Source: Entomortierella parvispora E1425 (Eukaryota > Fungi > Mortierellomycota). Taken from it: 64,000 bases of DNA. Position 1 is the stretch's first letter, and each line of letters starts with the position of its first letter. Positions 1 to 9,415 of the stretch are shown in pieces. Made by a program: the position numbers and the translations under genes. Below the pieces are notes generated by a model, which was not told the DNA's origin, did no database searches, and was given only the letters and a program-made list of their open reading frames with translations. The stretch lies in the NCBI GenBank assembly GCA_020891255.1, contig BQFW01000011.1, positions 186,001 to 250,000 on the forward strand, given 5' to 3'.

Positions 1-1342
1 GAGAGTTGACGGATGTACCTCGGTGGGAGTCAACCGACGAAACTTCTTGGAGAGAGTTACCTCTGCGCTTCTTGGCGAGTCCTCCTTTAAGCAACCAGAG
101 AGCGAGGACGAAGCCAGCGACGGCCAAGGCGACCATGGCTCCAATGACACCAGCAACAACTGGGCTGACCCTGTGTCGACCTTCAGTGCTGTCAATACTG
201 GCGTATCCTGCACCACCTGTACCGTTCAGGGCAGCAAGGGTTGCACATCCACGTTGCTCAGTCTCTCCACACTTGTTGCACCATTCGGCGAGGGTGTTGA
301 GTGAATACGGCTCCATCTGCTCCACAAAGTCGGCAATGGGGTAGGAGTTGGCATCGGAGCTTCCAAAGAGAGCGTAAGGGGTGAAGGTGGCATTACTACC
401 TCCAGTCTCGGTTCCGTTTCGGAACAAGAGTCTCATGGTGTTGTCAGTTCGGATTTCGATGATGGCAGCACTGGCGTAGTCAACAACGGAGTCCTTGAGG
501 GGTGAAGGCAATCCCCACAAGTTGAAGAGCGACAAGAAGGGCTTGTACGAAATGGCAATGTAGCTGAACTTGAGCCCAGTAGTGGCGTTGGTAATCTCGT
601 TGATGGCGGATAGGATGGGGGGCAAGATAGATTGACCGGCAACGTTTCCAACGTTGTTAAGATCATCGTCCGTGAAAGATCCAGCCTCATGGTAGTTAGC
701 CCAGTATCTCGCCTGAGACAAGGCTTGGGCGCTGATCAGGGGCGACAAGGTGGCGTTATGGATGGACTCGACGTTGAGGAAGTCGAACAAATTCCAAGCG
801 TTTTGAAGGGTGGCAGGTCGGTTACCCAAAATGCTCGACAAGCTCTCGAAGAATGGGTTGGCAATCTTGGCCTGAGCAGCAAACTCAGCAGAGTTGTACC
901 ATGCGTTGAGGCGGTTGGTCCATCCACTGCAACCAGCGTATCCTTCCAACCAGATTTCCTGGTTAATCTCAATGGTCTCGAGTTCGACGGACTGAGCTCG
1001 GTCCCATGAAATGACGGTGCCGTTGGCCAAGGTGAGAGTCTCATTGTAAGGCGGGTAGAGACCTTGCAAGAAAGCGTTGGCAGAGTCAATGATGACGGTA
1101 CCTTCACCACCAGCATCGGCCATGGCATTAAGTTCGTTCCAGTAGTAGGTGTTGGGGTCGAGACCAGGGATGGCATTGGCACCAGACAAGTAAAGATTTC
1201 GGATATCTTGACCATTCTGGTACTCTTCCAAGTAACCCAAGATGGTCAAGTTGGTAGCCACCGCATTGTAGTTGGTGGGGGACTGGTAGAAACCTTGGCG
1301 GTCACCGTGACGGGTAAGGACAATAACACCAGCGACAGACAT
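1..1342 (-). CDS. Histidine acid phosphatase family protein with C-terminal transmembrane helix; runs off the left edge of the window
   Basis: Manual translation from ATG at 1342: MSVAGVIVLTRHGDRQGFYQSP (RHGxR motif) ... DAGGEGTVIIDSANAFLQGLYP ... WCNKCGET..RGC ... hydrophobic VVAGVIGAMVALAVAGFVLALWLL then KKRRG. Open to position 1, so it is absent from the ORF track. Confidence 0.85.
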   Translation of the reverse strand, partial: MSVAGVIVLTRHGDRQGFYQSPTNYNAVATNLTILGYLEEYQNGQDIRNLYLSGANAIPGLDPNTYYWNELNAMADAGGEGTVIIDSANAFLQGLYPPYNETLTLANGTVISWDRAQSVELETIEINQEIWLEGYAGCSGWTNRLNAWYNSAEFAAQAKIANPFFESLSSILGNRPATLQNAWNLFDFLNVESIHNATLSPLISAQALSQARYWANYHEAGSFTDDDLNNVGNVAGQSILPPILSAINEITNATTGLKFSYIAISYKPFLSLFNLWGLPSPLKDSVVDYASAAIIEIRTDNTMRLLFRNGTETGGSNATFTPYALFGSSDANSYPIADFVEQMEPYSLNTLAEWCNKCGETEQRGCATLAALNGTGGAGYASIDSTEGRHRVSPVVAGVIGAMVALAVAGFVLALWLLKGGLAKKRRGNSLQEVSSVDSHRGTSVNS

Positions 1343-2577
1343 GGTTGCAAAGGGATAGAGAGAGGAGAGGAGGTAAGGGAAGAGAAGAGGAGAGCAAAGG
1401 TGGTGCGTGAGTTGGAAGAAATGTGGGGGATCTGGGAAAGTTGGCCCTTCTTATAAGTTGCAAGAGGCTGCTTTTTATCCGGTCATAACGCCCATCGTTC
1501 GTATCGCCATTTCGACCTTTTGGATCGCTCATTCACTGTCATCCCTGCATACCCCGCTCCGTTGCCCCGTTCGCGCTTACAGCTCCCTCTTCTCACTCTC
1601 GGACCCACTTTTCTTAAGGCGTGTGTGGAAGAAATTTCCTGGGTCCTTCTTTAAGGCTACCCAATCGGAGGACTCTGTGTAACCTTGACCCACTTCCCAG
1701 TTTTTCTCCATGCTGTCCCTTTCCTCAAACAGGACATTCATGATCCACTGAGGATGTCCATGGGTCATGTTTATCCCGACACGGTGGCCCCCACTTTGAT
1801 CTGCTGGACATCCTTCGTGCATTTCAGAAAAAAACGGATAAACAACGGTTGGATGAGTGATTTTCTAGCGTGCACAGAAAAATAAGCTATTGCATTCCCG
1901 GAAGGAAGACACGGTGCCACATGGCGCCAGCAAAAACATTGAAAACGGTTCCGTTGAAGGCCTTTTCTGATTGTCTGACTCGATTCTCTCTATCTCTCTA
2001 CTTTTTTTTTTTTTTGTCTATGTGTAAGTGAAAACGATGGATGGGTGACGAGACGGCGTAAAGGTACTCGCGCTCTGTTGTTATTGTTGCTCTTGTTGTT
2101 GCGGTGGTGGTTGTGGTTGCTCTGCTTCGAGCGTAAGGCTAATTCCATACTCAGACTGCAGGACTGCAAAGGGATCATGGGGCGACCCCTTGGGACTTTG
2201 GTTACAAGAAAACAAACACAAACACCATGCGCATGCGTGGGATTTTTTTTTTTTTTTTTTTTTTGTCCATCAAATCCTCCTTTCCCCTTTGGTTCTCAGT
2301 GGCAGGAATGATGATCTTCATACATGTACGTTAGTATCGGAAATGAAATTAACGCACCCCTGGGTTCGGCAAAGCCCCGAGGATAGGGTCAAAGAAAAGA
2401 AAGTAAAAAAAAAATACAGAGTGGGGATTCAGCGTTCGGTCTCAGCCTCCTCGAATAGGCAGGACAGAGTCCAAGAGAGCAATTTTTCGGCGACCGAAAA
2501 GGATGCGAAAAGCCCGAAATGGTGGGCGCCTCTTGTTTGTTACCTTTTTAGTTTCTATTCAGTTCAATAGAAAGAAC

Positions 2578-3474
2578 TTACGCCAAGGTCGATGGTCTAC
2601 TTGTCTGAACACAAAAAAAAAAAAAACCAAACCAAAGAGGTTTGTGTGTTGACTGTTTTGTCATCACACTGCCGTTAGATCGATACGCCCGTTGGAGATG
2701 GTCGAGACCATGATAAAAAAAAAAAAAAACGCACACACGTGATTCCATGTTGCCGAGGAGCGAGGACCAAGCGTCATAAGCCACCGGGAAGGGAAAATGG
2801 AGACGCGAGGCAGCGAGGTGAAGAGGGGAACGTCTTTTCTTTTGTATCCTTTGCATGAGTAGGAAGGAACGAACTCTAGGGAAGACAGTTAAAGTCAACA
2901 GTCTCTGTAGAGAGCGAGCGAACAGGGCAGCTGGAGTCCTGGAAGGAACCAGGTGGCGCAGGTCGTGTGATCTTTTAAATACGCCCCGCCTTTGAAACGC
3001 GCCGGCCTGGAGAAAGGCGGCCGTAATCGACTTGGGGCGAAGGTGAGAGCCCATCATGTCCATGACGAACTGAAGTCCAAGCTGCCGATATCGAATGACC
3101 TTTCTCTTGCGCTCGCCTTCTCCCGTACCGAAATAGACAGAGCCACCCCCTTGACCAGGCACGCGTACTTTGAAATGTAATATGGAGCGTGACCCACAAT
3201 GTTCTACTGCAAGTCCATGTTGCTGCGACAGTAGATTGTCCTTGTCCAAAGCGTCGTAGGTGGAGACTATCAATTGATACACTGGCCACTCACCGGGTCG
3301 TTTTGTCTGTGCTGACCTCAACCTGGCGACCTTTGACCTGGCACGAGTCGACGGCTTGGAGATCACCAATAGATTCTTCAGCCGCCGCTCGCGGATCACT
3401 TCCAAATCGTCGCAGAACAAAAAAATAAGTCGCAACGAATAAAAGTTGTCAGCAGAAAGGTCAGAAGTATCCAT
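2578..3474 (-). CDS. Hypothetical 298-aa ORF with no recognisable domain; the last ~70 codons run through poly(T) tracts and are doubtful
   Basis: ORF length only. Confidence 0.25.
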   Translation of the reverse strand: MDTSDLSADNFYSLRLIFLFCDDLEVIRERRLKNLLVISKPSTRARSKVARLRSAQTKRPGEWPVYQLIVSTYDALDKDNLLSQQHGLAVEHCGSRSILHFKVRVPGQGGGSVYFGTGEGERKRKVIRYRQLGLQFVMDMMGSHLRPKSITAAFLQAGAFQRRGVFKRSHDLRHLVPSRTPAALFARSLQRLLTLTVFPRVRSFLLMQRIQKKRRSPLHLAASRLHFPFPVAYDAWSSLLGNMESRVCVFFFFYHGLDHLQRAYRSNGSVMTKQSTHKPLWFGFFFFCVQTSRPSTLA

Positions 3475-3600
3475 GTCATCGGAGTCAAGATCAAGAAATA
3501 GGATGGGATTGAGGATTCACGCGGCCCCGCATTTATTTTTACGGCCTCTCGATATCGCCTTTTTTTTTTTTTTTTTTTTGGATCGTTTTGTTTCTGTTTC

Positions 3601-4900
3601 TTAGTCTTCACAACATCGCTTTTGTCCTTTTAACTTGTCCAAAAATTCGACATTGCGGCGAGGGAAGATCTTGACAAAGTTGTTGTCGTCAATCCCGATG
3701 GACACACGCTGGAGACTTTCAAGTTCAGGCTCAAGATGAGGCTAAACAACTTGAAAGTCGACAACCTCGGCAGGGTAGACGATTACCATGCTAATGTAAG
3801 CCCCAGTCGGGCAGTAATCCTGTAAACGTGAGGCCTGCACATGTTCGGACTGAGCACTCTCTGTCGAATCTTGTCTCCGCTGTTTTTGTTGCTTCCTCTG
3901 TTCCTTTGTGATTTCTATTGTCCCTGTTGCACCTTCTCTCGCTCCATTCATTCTTTCGGCATGGCCAGACTGCTGAGTCTAGAGCGGAGAGATATCTTGC
4001 TCGCCCTTTTTGAATTCTCAACGAGCGCTTTCTTCAATTTCCTGCGTAGTGAGGTTTCTGTGCGATACGGTCAGGCTTGTTTGATGTTTGTCATAACCAG
4101 TAATCATCGTATCTCCAGCAAGCTGATCCGGAAAAGGTCCCTTGGTCCACAAAGGCCGCAAGGGGAATGGTCGACTTTTGAGCGTCTCGACGAAAGCAGG
4201 CGGCATACATGCCTCCAATATAAACCCACGAACTGAGGCATTCTCTGAGTGCAGCATTGCTCGCTCTGCAGCAGACACAAGGGAAGAGTCCTCCTGGAAG
4301 TAGTTGGTGGCTTTGACGACAAAGGGCACATCCAAAACTGCTCTTGATCTGCCTCCAAAAAGTCCTGATCAGGCTAAACGCTGCTTCGACCAGACGTACT
4401 CTGTTGTCCTGTATGATCTTGGTTGCGTGTAGCAAACATTTATCGGGATGAGCAAGGGGTGAAATCCATGGGGGTTTGTACGATTATGTTCTCCAATCCT
4501 GCAGGTCGAATCACCAAAAAAATGATGTTCAGTGTGAGGCAAATATGTCATTTCAGAAGGCAACAGCGACAAAGAAGGCAACTCACGAAGAATCTCCCGC
4601 AGAGAATACCCTGATGTTCTCGATCCTTCCAAGAGGTCATCGTGGTCCAAGTGTCCGTGATTTCAGTCTCCCACTTTGTGCCATCGCCAGCCAGGAAAAT
4701 CCCCTTGATTTTGCCGAACGACCTTTGGCGGCCCGCAGACGCCAGATATAGTCCACAGGGAGTTATTGACCCCGCCTATACGCATCAAGAGATATCCAGG
4801 CAACGATCCAGGCGCGAAGAACTGGTCCGTGGTTTTATGATGTATCCGCACGGAGGTTCACCTAATTGAATGAAAGGGATGCGCGTGAGATGAAGAGTCT
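3601..4900 (-). pseudogene. Degenerate Crinkler (CRN)-like family gene relic, C-terminal portion
   Basis: Frameshifted and stopped fragments: RVRLVEAAF, DVPFVVKATNYFQEDSSLVSAAERAMLHSENASVRG, and LQDYCPTGAYISMVIVYPAEVVDFQVV*PHLEPELESLQRVSIGIDDNNFVKIFPRRNVEFLDKLKGQKRCCED*. These match my recollection of a multicopy Mortierellaceae CRN-associated family. 5' boundary approximate. Confidence 0.6.
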
Positions 4901-5724
4901 CCATTGGGCGCAATCCATGGACAGTGCAATGGCGCTTACCAGTCAGCGGTGTGCCAGGACGAGATTCATCCGAGAGGAAAGTGGAAAAGTGGAAAAATGG
5001 AACTGCGAGCACGGACCGGGACTGCAACAAGAGTATGAACTATGCCGAAGCAAAAAAAAGACGTGTGAACAGGGTCAGTGCAAGGAACAAGCTCACGCAG
5101 TCCATGGAAGCAAGAGAGGGCGACAGTACTTACCTGGCAGTGCAGTGGTCGCATGTGAATTGTTTTCTTTGGGTGGGTTTTCTTCAAAAGACAACAGAGC
5201 TAGCCGTCGGTTGGTTTGGGTTGCGTTGCCGTATTGCATCCTTTCAGGACGGTGTGTGCGTGTTCGATGAATCAACGGTCAGCAGCGACACGCGCCAGGT
5301 CTTTTCCGAATCCATAGGATCACTGTCGTCGACAAGGAGTGTAGAGTCACCGTTTCAATGCAGAGAAAGAAGAAACAAAGAGAAGGGATAAGGAAGCGAG
5401 AGATGGAAAGAGAGCAGAGTCCATGGAACGAACATGTGGCTCGAAGATACCACGTTGGGAAAAAAAAGGTGGTTTCACGTGACGATGATTTTTTGTCTTT
5501 GTCTCGCCGTCTCTCTGTCGCGACGTCCGACTGCGCTCTGTCGCGCCACAGCCGTGAACGAGATGAACGATTTGGCCGTCGTTCGGCAAGCAAGACCTCT
5601 CCTTGCCTGACGAGGATGGGCCCAGACCTTTGCCTCCAAGCTACCCACATTGGTGTGCACTCATCCATATCTTTAATGTTTTCTGCAACTTCTACCAGAG
5701 AAACCTAAAGACAAAAACCACCCT

Positions 5725-6591
5725 TTACAACTTTTGCTTCTTTAAAAAGTCCAGCATCAACTTTGAGATGTCTCCCAAATGACTCTCGAGAGCAAAATGC
5801 CCCGTCTCAAGCATGTGCACCTCAGCCTTTGGCAGATCCTTCTTGAAGGCTTGCGCGCCCGCAGGAATAAAGAATTTGTCGTTGCTGCCCCACACCGCGA
5901 GCAAGGGGACCTGGCTCTTGCGGAAATACTCTTGAAATCGTGGGTACATCTCGACGTTGTGTCGATAATCGTAAAACAGATCCAACTGAATCTCGCTGTT
6001 CCCGGGCCGGTCGAGGAGCGCTTGATCCAGTGTGTAGGCTTCCGGTTGGATGATGGAGGGATCCGACACGCCGTCTGTATATTGCCATTTTGTAGTGGCG
6101 AACGAAACAAGGACTTGGATGCTTTTGCGGTCTTCCTCAGCGCCTGTCGTCCAGTACTTTTGGACGGGCGCCCACGCTGCTCCCAGGCCATCCGTATAGG
6201 CATTCCCATTTTGTGAGATGATAGCTGTAACAGCAGATGGGTTTTCGAGGGCGAGGCGGAGACCTGTTGGGGCGCCATAGTCAAAGATATAAATGGCGTA
6301 TTTGGAGGGACTGTTCGGCAGCTCTTTGAGCCAGGTTGAGATTGTCTTGGCCAGGTTATCGAATGTGTACACGTATCCTTTGGCAGGCACGGTGAATCCA
6401 AAGCCAGGAAGATCGGGAGCAAGAACATGATATTTTGTGGCTAGTATTGGGATGAGGTTGCGGTATTGGTGGGAGGAAGTCGGGAAGCCGTGCAAAAGCA
6501 GGATGGTCGGGTTGGAGGGCGACCCAGCTTCTCTGTAAAAGACTGTGTCCCCTGAGGACAGTGAAAGGTTGTGGACTGAGGAATTTGACAT
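5725..6591 (-). CDS. Alpha/beta hydrolase (epoxide hydrolase/haloalkane dehalogenase-like), intronless
   Basis: LLLHGFPTSSHQYR oxyanion motif, APDLPGFG, nucleophile elbow FDYGAP, catalytic His in LETGHFALE. Likely start MSNSS at 6591. Confidence 0.9.
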   Translation of the reverse strand: MSNSSVHNLSLSSGDTVFYREAGSPSNPTILLLHGFPTSSHQYRNLIPILATKYHVLAPDLPGFGFTVPAKGYVYTFDNLAKTISTWLKELPNSPSKYAIYIFDYGAPTGLRLALENPSAVTAIISQNGNAYTDGLGAAWAPVQKYWTTGAEEDRKSIQVLVSFATTKWQYTDGVSDPSIIQPEAYTLDQALLDRPGNSEIQLDLFYDYRHNVEMYPRFQEYFRKSQVPLLAVWGSNDKFFIPAGAQAFKKDLPKAEVHMLETGHFALESHLGDISKLMLDFLKKQKL

Positions 6592-8689
6592 TGCGGGGAG
6601 CAGGAATAATGACAAGCAAAGCGAAGAAGAAAACAGTTTTTTTCGAACGTGGGAATCTGAAAAGGTGGGAACTCTTTACATACCTGGCAAGACAGGGGGT
6701 GCTGACCCTATTTTTCGGACCAGACCTTCAAACGCACGTGATCTGAACGAGTGTTCGACTGGCAAAAAAATGAGTTAAGAAATTACCTCAAACTAGGTGT
6801 GCCCGTGGGCTGTACCAAGGGTTCTCTTTGACAAAGATGTTGAGCAGAGAGTTTTTCTTCAGATAGCGGTTGCTTTTGGATGATGGTGCGGCTACAATAC
6901 CATGATGTTGCTTTGATAAATTCTTTGCTGATATTATTGTGCTTTGCACCTAAAAAAAAATAATCTTGCAGATATCATGATGGTAAAATGAAACACATTG
7001 AGCAGCACCGCGATCAATCTTGAAAACTGCCTGCTACGGCCAGCACCTCTTCTTTTTTCCTTTTTTTCTTTCTCAACTCACTCACCATCCCCACCCCCAT
7101 AGCCCCCAACTACCCCACCTATATATGGACACACACCTACATCCATACAAGAAGCTGGAGGAGGTCGACGAGAGGAGAGGACGATGACGAGGTAAATGTT
7201 CTGCTCTCTTTGGAAGTTTTGTACCAAGGAGCCTTGCTCCTAGAGCATCCATACTAACTTTCCTTCGTCTGGTGAACGATCGTTCCTTGCCTCCTTATGT
7301 AACCTTCAGGTTCGTGTAAAAGCTTTGGAGGACAAAGGCAGTGCCTCGCTGTGGAAGAACGAGGTCGTTAGACCTTGGCTTTTGTATCGATGCTGTAGAG
7401 AAGGTTACCTAACGTTCACTTCTTATACTGTCGTCATCTAGACTCCATCGGAGACCTGCGTGATGCGGTCTCTCCTTGCGAACACGAGTCTATTTGCAGT
7501 TTGCATGTTCGTTTGAGAGAGTTTGATCAACACTGATCCTTGGATGGGCACATGATGGTCCAAAGCTAACTTCCACCTCCACCCGCCACACTTTAGACTT
7601 GCGAATATCTTTGGCGTATATTTTTGCGAACAGGCACCATTCTTTGGTCGCACCCCCGAACGAACACAGCTCCATAGGACTGGATCAAAACCTTCCACAT
7701 GTATCGCGAGTCGATCCCATGTGCTGCAAATGCGGGAGATCTTGCTGTTGAGCAAAAGCATCATGCAGGAGATGCCTGCACATTGGGACTCTGACGACGA
7801 TGACGACAACGATGGCGACAACAATGGCGAAAGCTATGAAAAATCAGGTTACTCAACACCCCCGCGTCGTCAAATCAATTTGCCAGCGCTCCTCAGCTCC
7901 CCTACAACCAAAAAGTAACCAGTGCAACAGCACAGTGCCAATTATGTAGCATCAACTATGAGAAAAATACTGTTTAATCCAACTGCTTTTGCTCCTTCTC
8001 CCTGATGAAAGAGGATGACAAGAGTGAGGGCAAGGGAGACGATTAAGAGAAAAATAAAGTCGTGAGAACGGATGCTGAATCTTGTTGTGGTGTCTGAGCT
8101 GGCGTTTTGTAGAACGCAGTTCAAGTACAAAACGAGCTGGTGATCTAAACCTCAGCAATACTGTATGCAGGACACAGTCGAACATCGTTCAGATCAAGTG
8201 CGTTTGAAGGTCTGGTTCGAGATTACTATACCTATTTGGAGGGGAATGAGAAAGGGGCGCGACTGGAAAGGGGGGTGGTCAGGGCGTTTTGGAATGGCTG
8301 TGGGTGCAATGGACAAAGTAGAACTCGCCGAGAGTATCATAACTGCAAGAGGCATGGGAACGTAGTGGCAAGGAAGTAAATTTTATTAGCTGGAGTCTTT
8401 TATAGACGTGGATCGATGTCACCGTACTAGATTAGGCTAGATGAGATACTAACAAGGAACAACCAAGCGGCAGGCTACTAAAGAATGACGGGCTTAAATG
8501 AGAACGGCTGAATGCCCCCACCAGTGAAGGCCTTGATTCATGAGCCATGCTTTGCTCCTGCATTCCGGACTGATGTGCCTCCCAGGTCGGCTGAATCAAG
8601 ATTTCAGGGGGCCCGCCGGGGGGGGGGGGCAGAAATAAAGGGACCACAGGAGAGAGACAGAAAAAAAGGACAACAAAAAAGATCTTTGG

Positions 8690-9265
8690 GCCCTTTCAGC
8701 ACAGGCAACCGCCATTACGCCGCCATTTGTCAGTGCAGTGTCAGGACCCATGGGTTGAACCGTCCGGGGACCGGAGACCTTGCTTGATATTATAGTCGCG
8801 TCGTCGCTTGTTGTCCTGCTCGTCCTAGCGGTCCTGGAGCGCTGCATTGCATCCTGGGCAAGGATGAGAGTTGAAAGCGTCGACGGTGACGACATAACTG
8901 CTGGGATTGCTGAGGAGCATGACTGACCGGCAAGGATGTTGGCCAGTTTTGAAGAACTGTGAGTAGCCGGTGAAAGCGTTGGCTGCACTGTTGTATTCGA
9001 ACTCTAGCGATGGAAGCTACTGATCACATAATCCTAGTTCAACTGCTTGTTGTTGATAAGGCTCGTAACAGATCTTCATTGCCTTGTTCATAATTTCTGC
9101 CTGTCCATCGGTCTATGGGTGGTGAGCCGCCTGCAGCGCCAACTTCACATCCAGTCGTTCGTGCCACTCCTGCCAGAACGTCCTTGTAATCCGCGTGTTG
9201 TAGTCCGATATAATATAGTGGGTATACAATGCCTGTCACCAAAACACAATATCACGTGATTAGTA
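8690..9265 (-). mobile_element. Ty3/gypsy integrase relic, C-terminal half
   Basis: Translates with stops and frameshifts to IISDYNTRITRTFWQEWHERLDVKLALQAAHHP*TDGQAEIMNK..LPSLEFEYNSA..TGYSQF..QDR*DEQDNKRRRDYNIKQG. This matches the gypsy integrase consensus (IVSDRD..FW..TAYHPQTDGQTE..LPLAEFAYNS..ANKRRR). Confidence 0.8.
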
Positions 9266-9279
9266 TCAGTGTTTACAAT

Positions 9280-9415
9280 TCTGGATTGAAGCGAACCAAG
9301 TGTACCTCAATGTAGCCCTTTTCCGGGAGTAGCCCTTGACCCGCCTCGGGTTGAACTACGTGTTTGGATTCCAGCGTCTTGCTGGTGTTGATCGTGTTCA
9401 CACGGTTCAAGGTGT
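9280..9415 (-). ncRNA. Putative omegaRNA-like scaffold overlapping the Fanzor 3' end
   Basis: Three consecutive stem-loops (9388-9410, 9371-9385, 9329-9359) in the low-complexity ORF tail after the RuvC-III motif. This is where TnpB/Fanzor omegaRNAs are encoded. Boundaries are inferred. Confidence 0.5.

Noticed and set aside
3560-3580. Poly(A) after the CRN relic as evidence of retroposition
   Set aside because: Long A/T homopolymers are ubiquitous in this window, so this is not diagnostic.
7140-7920. Possible degenerate F-box/LRR-type gene
   Set aside because: Only vague composition cues, multiple stops, and no motif I can support.
9255-9300. Terminal inverted repeat or TSD for the Fanzor element, compared with 17570-17790
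   Set aside because: No convincing inverted or direct match was found by eye, so the ends are left approximate.
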